Positions 1 to 9,803 of a stretch of 51,010 bases of DNA are shown piece by piece. Below the pieces are notes generated by a model. The model had not been told where the DNA came from. It did no database searches and worked only from the letters and a program-made list of their open reading frames with translations. Made by a program: the position numbers and the translations under genes. The DNA is taken from IMG/VR virus record IMGVR_UViG_3300042922_000517, positions 1 through 51,010 of that record; one strand, written 5' to 3'. Source of the stretch: a virus (Duplodnaviria; Caudoviricetes). Positions within the stretch are counted from its first letter, which is position 1; every line of letters starts with the position of its first letter.

Positions 1-15
1 TCCGCCAACTGTTCA
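1..15. repeat. 15-bp terminal direct repeat, left copy (TCCGCCAACTGTTCA)
   Basis: Identical to 50996-51010; joining the ends restores a continuous reading frame. Confidence 0.95.
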
Positions 16-260
16 TTAACGGCAACCAATTCTGTAGTGTGCCCATCTACATCCGTCCGCAGCGTGTCAGCTGCAGCGCTGACCGCCTCTAAGCCGTTCT
101 CTAGCTTATTCAGGTTCAAGGCATTCACTGGTGTCCCCGCTTCAGTAATGGTCCCTTCAGAGGGCACGTGCGTTATGCTGCCGTCTGAGTTTGTGGTTTC
201 GATATACGTTCGCGGGCGCTGGACAAGACGATCTTTCCATGTTGTTTTGGTATACGCCAT
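1..260 (-). CDS. 5' part of the tail fibre/tailspike gene that continues at 50995-48835 (not in ORF track)
   Basis: ATG at 260 immediately after the stop of 261..692; reads MAYTKTTWKDRLVQRPRTY...GTPVNALNLNKLENGLE...VNEQLAD, in frame with 48835..51003 across the junction (806 aa total). Confidence 0.9.
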   Translation of the reverse strand, partial: MAYTKTTWKDRLVQRPRTYIETTNSDGSITHVPSEGTITEAGTPVNALNLNKLENGLEAVSAAADTLRTDVDGHTTELVAVNEQLA

Positions 261-692
261 TTATAGCACTCCTTCGCCGGCCGCAAATGTCCCGGCATAC
301 TTATAATTGTTAATTGCGTCCATCAGCAAAATATAAATCAGGTTTAGATTGTTTTCATATCGGTTGGCGTCATTGTAATCAAATGGCTGATTCGCTGACC
401 AAGTTGTTTTAACTTCTTTCCAGCCCACCGGTTTATAAAAATTGCTCGCAAGAATTGCAATATTGCCTTCAATGCGATTTAGTTGATCATTAAATTCAAT
501 CCGCGACATCGTTCTATTGGTTGTGACCCCGTTGAGAGAAATCACTCTCGAGAGATATTCCCCTAATTTATCAGCCAAAAAAACAGAGTTTGATTCAACT
601 CTGTTCAGGTCTTCAAAATTATAGTAGTCATTAGATGTCCAATTTGTTTTAGGTGTTTGCCATGCCAATATATTCACCTTCTTTATATACAA
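261..692 (-). CDS. Small tail/baseplate-associated protein
   Basis: Located between tail-fibre genes; internal duplication (WQTPKTNW..DLNRVESN / WKEVKTTW..DANRYENN). Confidence 0.65.
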   Translation of the reverse strand: MYIKKVNILAWQTPKTNWTSNDYYNFEDLNRVESNSVFLADKLGEYLSRVISLNGVTTNRTMSRIEFNDQLNRIEGNIAILASNFYKPVGWKEVKTTWSANQPFDYNDANRYENNLNLIYILLMDAINNYKYAGTFAAGEGVL

Positions 693-710
693 ATAACATC
701 TAAAAAGCTT

Positions 711-2108
711 CTAAGCGTAGAGTATATTACCTGCAAAGCAGCATCCATTGTAAGGGCTGCTTGAACCTGATGAAACGGACTGCCAACGCAGTGTAATGGC
801 TCCAGCAGCATTAAAACCACCAGGCAAACTATATGTGTTAGTAGCTCCTATTATATCTTCTGTACTTATTTTAACTGTTCGGGCCGCTGCATTGAAATAT
901 ACGTCTTTTATGCGTACAGTCATCTGTGTATTAGATATGCTGATTAAGTTTAAGCTAACCCCACCAGCATCGACAATCTGGAAATGCAGCAAAGGACTGC
1001 CTGTCGTGGCATACGTAAATATGGAAGAAACACCATTGCTACTTGGATAGTCTCCGAATATGAAATACTTACATGATGGGACCGTGACAATGTTGTATGT
1101 TCCCACAGCACCCGCACCTGGATAGCTATAATAATCTACGCCAATGACCCCAGAAGTATCAGGAACCAAAGAACCTTGTACTCCATAAATCCAAGTACCG
1201 TTTCGGATATTACTAGCTACAATGTTTCCGTCTGCTCTAGCTTGTGATGCCGTTACCTGAATTTCTGGATAACCAACACCAGTATTAGATAAATAAGCTC
1301 CGCGCGGTATTCTAATATAGAGTATACTGCCATCCCAACCACTTGAGACAGCTGCTGTATATGCCGCTTGGTTAGGCATTGTCCCTGCTGTTCCTGCTAT
1401 TGTGGTTCCGGACAATACATTCCCAGCAGGCACCGCAACTCCGCTCACAATGATATTGAAATCTCTTATACCGGGCGGCAACGTTTGGGCTGCTGGACCT
1501 GGAGTTACTGTAGTAACTCCAGAATCTCTTACAGGCAACTCCCCTACCAATTCGTCAGTGATATCATTGGTGAACTTTTTCCCAGCGCGGACATCCATTA
1601 CAACTGCATCACCATTGCCGCCCGCGCTATCGGCTAAAAAATCCGACCCAACTTTGCGAAATGTATAGGGTTTGCCTGCAATGAGCCTGCCGGCTGGGTA
1701 ATTAAGACCGTTTTGCTTCTTTAGTGGATATCCACCAAGTCCATTAATATTGAGCGTAGCATTTGCCCCATTAGTTACGTGAGGCACTATAGTAATACCA
1801 AACCCATCCAATAGTACAGACGGTGCCGGATTGAGTGTGACCGTATATGCCGTTGAGGTGCCCGCAGTGCCCGCGAACGCCGGCTGCCGGATATAGTCGT
1901 TCACCCCATTTCCAACAGCTTCGCTTACATCCTCAAGGCCTTGTTCGATTTGATTCATGTTTTCAGCTATCAATGGTGTTCCTGCTTCTATAATGATCCC
2001 TTCAGCAGGCAACAGTGTGACCGTACCATCGACATTTTCTTGTAAATTGTATGTTTTAGGCCGCTCGACTTGCCGGTCTACCCAAGTCCTAGGGGTATAT
2101 ACCATCAT
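711..2108 (-). CDS. Tail fibre / receptor-binding protein
   Basis: N-terminal anchor paralogous to the junction-spanning gene; Gly/Thr-rich fibre-like repeats (VLSGTTIAGTAGTM, NIRNGTWIYGVQG); beta-rich C-terminus. Confidence 0.75.
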   Translation of the reverse strand: MMVYTPRTWVDRQVERPKTYNLQENVDGTVTLLPAEGIIIEAGTPLIAENMNQIEQGLEDVSEAVGNGVNDYIRQPAFAGTAGTSTAYTVTLNPAPSVLLDGFGITIVPHVTNGANATLNINGLGGYPLKKQNGLNYPAGRLIAGKPYTFRKVGSDFLADSAGGNGDAVVMDVRAGKKFTNDITDELVGELPVRDSGVTTVTPGPAAQTLPPGIRDFNIIVSGVAVPAGNVLSGTTIAGTAGTMPNQAAYTAAVSSGWDGSILYIRIPRGAYLSNTGVGYPEIQVTASQARADGNIVASNIRNGTWIYGVQGSLVPDTSGVIGVDYYSYPGAGAVGTYNIVTVPSCKYFIFGDYPSSNGVSSIFTYATTGSPLLHFQIVDAGGVSLNLISISNTQMTVRIKDVYFNAAARTVKISTEDIIGATNTYSLPGGFNAAGAITLRWQSVSSGSSSPYNGCCFAGNILYA

Positions 2109-2126
2109 TTCACCGCCTTGTAGGTA

Positions 2127-3530
2127 TTAATATTTTTGCAAAATGATCTTAGCGGATACATAATCGCTTGTTCCGAGTCCTCCATATATTCCGTAAGGAG
2201 TGATAGTAACGTTCGTGCTCAGCTGCCGTCTGTTCCCATCCGATAATACTCCGATGACACCTAAAACCATCGTGTTTTCTTTGTTCCAGGAGGAATCCGG
2301 GTAATTAGCGTTAAAATCTGTTGTCCCGGAGATCATGTCGGCATCAATAACAAGCTTGTCCGGAGCTCCGTTGACGCTGACCCCTTTGCGGGGGTGAAAG
2401 GATCTCGTTGTCTTGAGCATTTTCTTAACCGTATAGCTAACTTTGCTATAGTAGTTAAATTCAATGTTTACCCGTAGTCCACCAGATTCCCAGGTATGCT
2501 GCTTATTTCTGAGCATGTCCTCATAATAGGCAGTGGTACCATTCAGATAGGATATGATCATATTATCCTTGTTCCAACTGGAATCAGGAAAAGGAATAAG
2601 TACTGTCGTTGCCCCTGCTGGGTTTATGTCTGCTGATACTGTGCCTACCGTCTCCCAGGAGGTAATCTTTAATTCTCCTTCAGCAGTGACTTCAAGCATG
2701 TCCTGCCAGTTTTCAACCTGTGGCCTCATGTAGCCACCCAAGCGCTTAATAACAAACTTGGTATCTTCCATAGTGGCCCGATTGGATCCGGGGTTAATGG
2801 TTTCCCCCTGATCATAGAAGTTAATAGCACTCTGCAATCCATAGTAATAACCGGCCAGCTGATCCTCGTCTTTATTCCATAGTCCGTGCTGTGTATTCCA
2901 CATTGTGCCGTTGTAGGCAAACGTGTAATCCGTAACCGGCCGCCCGGGCGTTGAACGTCCACCACTAAACTTTCCGATGGAGACTCGCTTAAATGGGGAT
3001 GTTCCAGAACCATCAATCTCAAACCCTGCACCACCTATTGTCATACCTCCATAGGCGTCCAGCATAAAGTGATTGTTCCATCCGAGCATAATTCCATACT
3101 CACGCCAAGAACCGTCCTCCTGGAGAGCTCCAATGTCCTCTCCGGTCAAGTCTCGCATGGGGTCACCTTCGGCATAGGCTTTCTTGCCGTTTGCCTTCCA
3201 CAAGTTAACCCCCTGGTTGATGAAATCCCCTATAGATTCTTCGCCTGGGTAAGTCCCGCCGCCCTGCATCTGCCACCCAAAGGAGAAGTTGTCCGGATCT
3301 GTCCGTTTAAACCGCTGAGTGTCGTAATCGTACCAAGCATTGATTAGTATCCAAACCTCTGTATACGGTACACCGCCGCGGACGCCCGTGATAACAGCAA
3401 AGTTATATGCGCTCTGAGGGTCTTGAGAGTTCTTCGGGAATAAAGATAAACTGCCTTCGGCTCGCACTGGCCCTTTAGTCGAACCTTCTCTAGCCGATGA
3501 CTTTACTCCCCAGTTATATGTCCCTCCCAT
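2127..3530 (-). CDS. Tail-tip/baseplate-associated protein of unknown family
   Basis: Directly after the Tal-like gene; Gly/aromatic rich; duplicated C-terminal motif (FPDSSWNKDN / YPDSSWNKEN). Confidence 0.55.
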   Translation of the reverse strand: MGGTYNWGVKSSAREGSTKGPVRAEGSLSLFPKNSQDPQSAYNFAVITGVRGGVPYTEVWILINAWYDYDTQRFKRTDPDNFSFGWQMQGGGTYPGEESIGDFINQGVNLWKANGKKAYAEGDPMRDLTGEDIGALQEDGSWREYGIMLGWNNHFMLDAYGGMTIGGAGFEIDGSGTSPFKRVSIGKFSGGRSTPGRPVTDYTFAYNGTMWNTQHGLWNKDEDQLAGYYYGLQSAINFYDQGETINPGSNRATMEDTKFVIKRLGGYMRPQVENWQDMLEVTAEGELKITSWETVGTVSADINPAGATTVLIPFPDSSWNKDNMIISYLNGTTAYYEDMLRNKQHTWESGGLRVNIEFNYYSKVSYTVKKMLKTTRSFHPRKGVSVNGAPDKLVIDADMISGTTDFNANYPDSSWNKENTMVLGVIGVLSDGNRRQLSTNVTITPYGIYGGLGTSDYVSAKIILQKY

Positions 3531-5393
3531 TTACATCCCTCCTTTGGTTGTCGTCTTGCCGCGTAGGGCTCCATCAAATTCATATTCCTGCTTGATAATT
3601 CGCGATTGTTTTTTTGCTCCGAAACTATCCTCGACCAGTACAATATCACCGCACTCTAAACATGGATTTTGCCGCCAATTCACATCATAAATAGCCCGCA
3701 GCGCTTTCTCCTGCAGTATCCATTTACCTATTTCATAAGCGTGCGCCGGGTCATTAATCAGCGGGTTGTCCAGCTTCAGAGGGGCTCCGTCAGAGATTGC
3801 CGGATCCGTCAAAGTATAGGTAGTTTTGACAGTCATGAGAGATGTTCCGGTCACACGAACCCCTACAGCGCCGTTTGCAGTAATTTGGATTCTCAGCCCC
3901 ACATCATATGATCCTAAAACTGTGTATGCTGAAGCTCCTGTTACTGTGATGCTGCTGCTACTGGCGATAATAGGGTCCTGATAATCGAAAAACACAGTGA
4001 GTGTGCCGTCAATGTCCACTGTCGTATTGAGCACTTCCTTGCCAACTTCATCAGCGGCATAGTTATTCACGACAACATCCAGGCTGTTTATCAGCTTATC
4101 AAGTTTGATCTGAGGCTCTTTATACACATTGTCAAAGGTGATTGACTTCATGCCATAATCATTATCAATCTCCATAAAGGTGCTAGGGCTTACATATAGG
4201 CCTGGCTCTCCAATATAGGTTAAGTAGGTTGTGCGGGCATCCAGAGCTTCAAACTGACGAACATTCAGATACCCCGCTCTATCCTTGAAGACAGCAGCCT
4301 TCCCTGCTAGGCCAATACACTGCAGCGCCTTTCTGGCCGATAACTTATCCTTAAATCCGCTTGTTGGTATGTCTGCGAGTGCGGGATCGATATAGTAAAA
4401 CTCCACTCCGGACCGGAGCATTATGTCTTCAGCCAGATCATAGAGATTAGTATCCGATATACTGACATAATCAATAGACTCCAAGTTATTAAGAATATCC
4501 CGGGCCGTAAATGTAGTGGTCAAGGAACCTTCATCGCTCTGCCAATCGGTAAGATAAAATTTACTTGCCCCGATATATTCAAATACGCCGGGGGCCACTT
4601 CTACCCCTAGGGACATGCTTACCTCTTGGTTTTTGTTTAAGTAACGGTAAAACCCATCTGGGTTGAGGATATTGAATTCCTTGTCGCTGTTATCAACCGT
4701 GAATTTCAACTCATTTGACGGCAGCGTGTCACCAACAACATTCATTTGCTCGATGAGATTAACCTTAATCAACTTCTCGCCGTCATACTGTTTAATAATA
4801 CCGAAGTCGATTTCAATCACTCGGGCTCGCCGATACGGCTTAGCCCATTTGGTAATCGTAAGTATGATTTTTTTATAAGCGTTCAGGCCTTCTTCAAATA
4901 CATAAAGCGGACTGTTATTGCCAATCACATTGTCATGGTTGATTATTTCGTTATCTTCGTCATAAACATCAATCACAAAATCAGCAGCGTATTCATTCGC
5001 CATCTGGTCAAATACGATGGACAGCCCTAAAGAACTATGGGGCTCAGCGAATGAACAGGTTATGATTTGCGGAGTGGCGAACACTCCTACAGCATTACAT
5101 ATTTCGGAGCTCCACCAACCTAACTCATCGTCAGCTACATCAGAGGACCGCGGCGGAATACAAAATGTGCCGTCCAGCTTGAAATAGTCTTTTTCGAAAG
5201 TGGCGTACCTGTTTGTTGTTTTCCTGATCTTATTATCCAGTTGCCAAGACCTCGATATAAGCGCCTCAGAGGGCGTGGTGAACGTATTGTCCTCATAGGC
5301 AGTGTTATCCAGGATATCAAACTGCACCGCCGCTGCCGTCTTGCGAGTGGGAGCATAGACGGCGTTTTTGAATGCCCTTGATACATTTATCAA
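3531..5393 (-). CDS. Baseplate hub / Tal-like tail protein
   Basis: Position after Dit; C-terminal WRQNPCLECGDIVLVED..IIKQEYEFDGALRG motif typical of hub proteins. Confidence 0.75.
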   Translation of the reverse strand: MINVSRAFKNAVYAPTRKTAAAVQFDILDNTAYEDNTFTTPSEALISRSWQLDNKIRKTTNRYATFEKDYFKLDGTFCIPPRSSDVADDELGWWSSEICNAVGVFATPQIITCSFAEPHSSLGLSIVFDQMANEYAADFVIDVYDEDNEIINHDNVIGNNSPLYVFEEGLNAYKKIILTITKWAKPYRRARVIEIDFGIIKQYDGEKLIKVNLIEQMNVVGDTLPSNELKFTVDNSDKEFNILNPDGFYRYLNKNQEVSMSLGVEVAPGVFEYIGASKFYLTDWQSDEGSLTTTFTARDILNNLESIDYVSISDTNLYDLAEDIMLRSGVEFYYIDPALADIPTSGFKDKLSARKALQCIGLAGKAAVFKDRAGYLNVRQFEALDARTTYLTYIGEPGLYVSPSTFMEIDNDYGMKSITFDNVYKEPQIKLDKLINSLDVVVNNYAADEVGKEVLNTTVDIDGTLTVFFDYQDPIIASSSSITVTGASAYTVLGSYDVGLRIQITANGAVGVRVTGTSLMTVKTTYTLTDPAISDGAPLKLDNPLINDPAHAYEIGKWILQEKALRAIYDVNWRQNPCLECGDIVLVEDSFGAKKQSRIIKQEYEFDGALRGKTTTKGGM

Positions 5394-5407
5394 TATCTCC
5401 CACTCCT

Positions 5408-5749
5408 TTATAGTTCGATCAGATTGAATTTAATATCTTTCCAGCGTATTACGCCGTTCAAAAAATCCATAGCCCCAATACTCTTATCGCCGGCATAGAA
5501 TGACGCCGACTGCCGGCCGCCAGTGGGATCCGGATATGTTACGGTAAAAGTAATCGGCGATATCGTGCTCAGTACAAGAGAAAGTTGGTTTTCGGTCAGG
5601 TATTTCCACGATAATTCTAATTTCCGCTTGGTGGTTATACGCTCAATGATCATGCGCCCCCGGGCATTTCGCTCGGCCTTAACGATATCATTTATACCCA
5701 CCCTAAAATCTGAGGGAGTGGGCAATTCCACTCCATTGACTGTGATCAT
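5408..5749 (-). CDS. Distal tail protein (Dit-like)
   Basis: Immediately after TMP; ERNARG..KRKLELSW..YAGD..WKDIKFNLIE pattern. Confidence 0.75.
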   Translation of the reverse strand: MITVNGVELPTPSDFRVGINDIVKAERNARGRMIIERITTKRKLELSWKYLTENQLSLVLSTISPITFTVTYPDPTGGRQSASFYAGDKSIGAMDFLNGVIRWKDIKFNLIEL

Positions 5750-5761
5750 GTTCCCACTCCC

Positions 5762-8700
5762 TTATGTTGTAGTGAGTATTGCGCCGCCAATACGTCCCTG
5801 CTCTTGTTCCAGATACGGATTCATTATGCGGGCTAGTGTAGTTCCGTCAATTTGCACGACAATATCCCCACCACCGGTAGGTGCTGAGCCGTTTCCGCCC
5901 ATTTGCATTGCTGCCATGACAGCGGACCCTAACGTACTTGCCAAAGTATTCACGAAGCTAGTGTTCTCCAGCGGAATAACAGCTTCCTTGCCCGCTTCGC
6001 CGATCATCGCCACTGTTGGGGAATCAACAATTCCGCCTCTAGCCAATCTAGGTATCCGCGGGATGTCGATACCGAATTTTTCTCCTCCAAATCCTGGCAC
6101 CCAATCAGGTATGTCGATCTTAATCGAATTCAGACCCAAAATCATTTGATTTACTCCATCGATGATCATATTTAAAGGATACTTGACAATTGACCATAGG
6201 CTGTCAAATACGCCTTTGAATATCGTTTTCACACCTTCCCAAGCCTTGCCCCAATCACCGGTAAATGCTCCTAAGAGGAATGTAATTAAACCGTTGAACA
6301 CTTCCATGATCCCCTTAATAACTCCACCAATAGATTTAATTACATCAGTCACAATGTTAAGAGCTATATTAAATCCCTTTACAAATGCTGGTGCAAGGCT
6401 ATCTATGATCATGTTAATCAAAGGGTCGATGAATTTGTTATAAATCATCGTTCCTAATTCAATCAGGTTCAGTACAAAGTCCATCATTTGTTTAGCAATA
6501 TCCTTGAATGTACCTTCCCAGAGCTCTTTGATTTTTGCCAGGAACGGCATGATTATAGGCTTTAGCACATCATCCCATAACCGCTGTACAGTTTTCATGA
6601 TTTTATCAAGCACTTCAGACAATCCGTCCAATATTGCCTGCCCATGTTCTTCCCAAGCACTTTGGATGATATCGAGTGTATCCAGTACAATTTCCTTTAT
6701 GATTTCAAAGATAGGTTTCAGTGTAGTCTCCCATACATCGTTAATCAGTTCTACAGCCCACTCAAACGCTTTAGCCGTTTCTTCAAATGCCCATGCTAAG
6801 GTTTCCGCAAAGATCGGAATGAAAGTTTCTTCCAATTGCTTCACAATCGGTAGGATAAAATCGTTAATTGCAAAATCGATAAATGGTTTAATCGTGTTAT
6901 CCATCAAGCTTTTAATGGAGAATCCGATCGTCTCCATGGCGTTAATGTAGGCATTCTTAACTAATTCAATAGCCGGCTGCCATGTACCGCTCCACAATTC
7001 GTTAACCATGTCTGTGGCATTCCGGAATACTTTAGAGAACTCTTCTATTGACCACACCAGCGTATCAGTAAATAACGGCACGAATACTTTCAAGAACTGA
7101 TTGACGATAGGCACGATAAAGTCATCCACCATGTAGACCACAAAAGGTTTGATGAACCCATTGAGCAGATTCTGCAGCGATCCGCCAATATCAGGTATTG
7201 CACTCATAAATGCATCCCTTAAGGACACCACGGCAGGCATAAGTGTTGATGTGAATAGCGCATTGACCGTGTCTACCACCAGCGTTGCAGTTTTCGAGAA
7301 CTCCGTCATAGCAAACACCAGGGTATCGGCGAAAATTGGGACAAGAGTTTCGTTAAGCTGTGCAGCTACTGGGATAAGGAACTGATTAAGCATGTAATCA
7401 ACAAATGGGTTGATCGTATTGTCCAACAAGCTTTGTATGGATGCTGCTATAGTCGGCATTGTCTCTAAAAATGCATTTTTAACATTCTCCAGAGCCGGCA
7501 GCCACGTCCCCGACCACAATCCCTCTACCACATCAGTTAAATTCCGAAATGTCTTTGCAAATGTTTCAAAAGCCCATGTGATTTCACTAGCAATAACCGG
7601 TGCAAAAGACTTAGTGAATCCAACCACGATGGAAGGAATGAAATCAAGTAAAATATATTTCCCAATAGGGATAAGTGTATTATCTCTCAACTGAGAAAAT
7701 GTCTTACCCATGTCATTTATAGCCGCCATAATGGGAGCCTTCATATCAACCAACGGCTGCAGCGCAGGGCGTAATCCTGACCACGCACCGGCAAACACAT
7801 TCCACAGATCGGCTAAGTCTGATCCCAATTGTTTAAGAATTCTTCTTGCTTCATCGGCCGCAGCTTGAATTGCCTCCGGTATTGGCGCTGCGGTGAAATC
7901 ATTGATTCCGGGCATAATGCCCAAATCACCAACGGCGCCGGCTCCCGCCCCGTCAGCATCGTCAGCCGCGGAGGTTCCTGATTTATCAGCCAACTGGTTA
8001 ATCTCATCAAATGAGGCGACAGCGCCTTTAGCCTCTTTGGCGGCCTTCTTTGCCTTTTTGCCAGCTGCTTCTGCGGCATCTCCTACATTTATTTGAGCTG
8101 CGGCCGCCTGATTAGCACTAGCAGCCTGCGCAGTCTGGCCTTTTGCCACTCCGAAGAGCGCCTGCATAAATGACGCGATGTACGCCGCCACTCTAGCTAC
8201 CGCATTAGCGAGCGTCTGCAGCAAGGGCAAGATAACATTGGCGATCGGCATAAACGCCTGCCCCATGCTCACCTGTATGTCTTTCATCGTCTTTGTGAGT
8301 GCTGCAATACGCCCGGCATAAGTATCCGTGTACTTTGCCGCATCACCGATCTGAAAGCGCGTCTCTTCAATGATACCGTTAACTTCAGCAGTAATTTTTT
8401 GCTGTTTGGTAAGCTCCGTGTAGCTTATGCCCTGTGCCTTTGCATAATCTAGCCACATCTTCGCGACATTTTTTGTGACCCCGGCATTATCTACCAGTAT
8501 CGAGTTTTCATTTTTCAGACCTTCTGTAGCAGACTCTACCGCTTTACCCAGCGTATAGGACGCCTGACGGCCAAATGCAGCGGAGTCCTTTAAGCGATTC
8601 ATTACGATTTGAATTTGATCCTCTGTATACCCTCTAGACGCCAAGTTCTTGTAAGCGGTCACGGCGCTAGTAAGAGGCACTAAACCGTCTTTAATATACT

Positions 8701-8998
8701 CCTGGATGTACTGATTCGCGTTCTTCATCGACATCCCATGGCCTACTACGATGCTTGTCAGCCCCGCCATAGCACTTTCCAGTTCACTCGCGGCGCCGAT
8801 AGCATCTTTGACCAGTTTGGCTATTCCCAGGGCTGCTATTGCAGCAGCGACCGCCTTAAAAGCTTTCGACATGCCGTCCGTAGCCTTCTTAACGCTGTTT
8901 TCCATCTGCCCAACCTGCCGCTGGGCATCCCGTATGCCGTCTCGCAATCCGCGAGTCTCGGCTGTAATCAGTATTCGCAGTTCATCAATTGTCGCCAT
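5762..8998 (-). CDS. Tape measure protein
   Basis: Long Ala-rich helical protein with W/F-P periodic repeats and C-terminal LARGGIV..GEAGKEAVIPL; likely start MATIDEL at 8998. Confidence 0.92.
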   Translation of the reverse strand: MATIDELRILITAETRGLRDGIRDAQRQVGQMENSVKKATDGMSKAFKAVAAAIAALGIAKLVKDAIGAASELESAMAGLTSIVVGHGMSMKNANQYIQEYIKDGLVPLTSAVTAYKNLASRGYTEDQIQIVMNRLKDSAAFGRQASYTLGKAVESATEGLKNENSILVDNAGVTKNVAKMWLDYAKAQGISYTELTKQQKITAEVNGIIEETRFQIGDAAKYTDTYAGRIAALTKTMKDIQVSMGQAFMPIANVILPLLQTLANAVARVAAYIASFMQALFGVAKGQTAQAASANQAAAAQINVGDAAEAAGKKAKKAAKEAKGAVASFDEINQLADKSGTSAADDADGAGAGAVGDLGIMPGINDFTAAPIPEAIQAAADEARRILKQLGSDLADLWNVFAGAWSGLRPALQPLVDMKAPIMAAINDMGKTFSQLRDNTLIPIGKYILLDFIPSIVVGFTKSFAPVIASEITWAFETFAKTFRNLTDVVEGLWSGTWLPALENVKNAFLETMPTIAASIQSLLDNTINPFVDYMLNQFLIPVAAQLNETLVPIFADTLVFAMTEFSKTATLVVDTVNALFTSTLMPAVVSLRDAFMSAIPDIGGSLQNLLNGFIKPFVVYMVDDFIVPIVNQFLKVFVPLFTDTLVWSIEEFSKVFRNATDMVNELWSGTWQPAIELVKNAYINAMETIGFSIKSLMDNTIKPFIDFAINDFILPIVKQLEETFIPIFAETLAWAFEETAKAFEWAVELINDVWETTLKPIFEIIKEIVLDTLDIIQSAWEEHGQAILDGLSEVLDKIMKTVQRLWDDVLKPIIMPFLAKIKELWEGTFKDIAKQMMDFVLNLIELGTMIYNKFIDPLINMIIDSLAPAFVKGFNIALNIVTDVIKSIGGVIKGIMEVFNGLITFLLGAFTGDWGKAWEGVKTIFKGVFDSLWSIVKYPLNMIIDGVNQMILGLNSIKIDIPDWVPGFGGEKFGIDIPRIPRLARGGIVDSPTVAMIGEAGKEAVIPLENTSFVNTLASTLGSAVMAAMQMGGNGSAPTGGGDIVVQIDGTTLARIMNPYLEQEQGRIGGAILTTT

Positions 8999-9419
8999 TC
9001 TTTTTAGCACCCCGCTTCCGGCGTTCAGCTTCAGCTGCGTATGCATTTACCCGGGCCTTCATGATTTCCCATGGTTGTTGTACTGGTTTTTGTTCTTTGG
9101 TATTTTCGTTTTCTTGAGGTTCACACAATTTCGGGAAGGCCTTTTCGAAAGGTGGGTACTTCTTAGGCGCATTGACGGCTATTCCCACCAGGGTTGCGAT
9201 AGAGTGCAATAACTCGGCCTGCTGCTTCAGCTCATTTTTGTTAATTTTCTGTTTTGCCTTAATTGCCGCCGCTATTTCCTTAAAAGTCATGTCCCAATAA
9301 AAAACTGCATCCACACCGCACTCAAGCGCGATAGGATACAGCTCGTCATATAACTCTGTTAATGTTTTGTGTCGGTCTGGCGGGTCGGAGTCTTCTACTC
9401 CGCCACTTTCTCCTTCGGA
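8985..9419 (-). CDS. Tail assembly chaperone, -1 frameshift extension (gpGT-like)
   Basis: The -1 frame is open from the T7 slippery run (9419-9425) through ORF 8985..9314. Confidence 0.8.
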   Translation of the reverse strand, partial: SEGESGGVEDSDPPDRHKTLTELYDELYPIALECGVDAVFYWDMTFKEIAAAIKAKQKINKNELKQQAELLHSIATLVGIAVNAPKKYPPFEKAFPKLCEPQENENTKEQKPVQQPWEIMKARVNAYAAEAERRKRGAKKNGDN

Positions 9420-9727
9420 AAAAAACCACTGACCTTAAATACCTCCATCAATACAGGGATAAGGTCCATATAGGATTGACCGGAGTCTACATATTCATCG
9501 TACATATTCAGTACGTCAGTAAATGAAACATTGGCTTGGAATTTTTGCATCGATGCATGCAGGATTGTTAATAGATCCGATACCAGCGGCATGTTGCTTT
9601 CGCTGAGTGATGTTACTACATCCATCGGATTCTTTCCACCCAGTTTTTTCTCCAGGCTCTGACTCGCAGCTGCCGTCAAGCGCAGTTTATATTCTTTACC
9701 AACAGCTTCAAAGGTCGTGTACAACAT
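9395..9727 (-). CDS. Tail assembly chaperone (gpG-like)
   Basis: Between tail tube and TMP genes; ends SGFFPKE at a slippery sequence. Confidence 0.85.
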   Translation of the reverse strand: MLYTTFEAVGKEYKLRLTAAASQSLEKKLGGKNPMDVVTSLSESNMPLVSDLLTILHASMQKFQANVSFTDVLNMYDEYVDSGQSYMDLIPVLMEVFKVSGFFPKEKVAE

Positions 9728-9756
9728 TAATGATCATCCTCTCAAATTTTCACACG

Positions 9757-9785
9757 AAAAAAGCACTCCCCGTAGAGAGTGCCTA
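9757..9785 (-). terminator. Intrinsic terminator after the Pmp3-like moron
   Basis: GGCACTCTC-TACG-GGGAGTGCT followed by a T run on the minus strand. Confidence 0.75.
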
Positions 9786-9803
9786 ATTAATGTGATACGT
9801 GTA

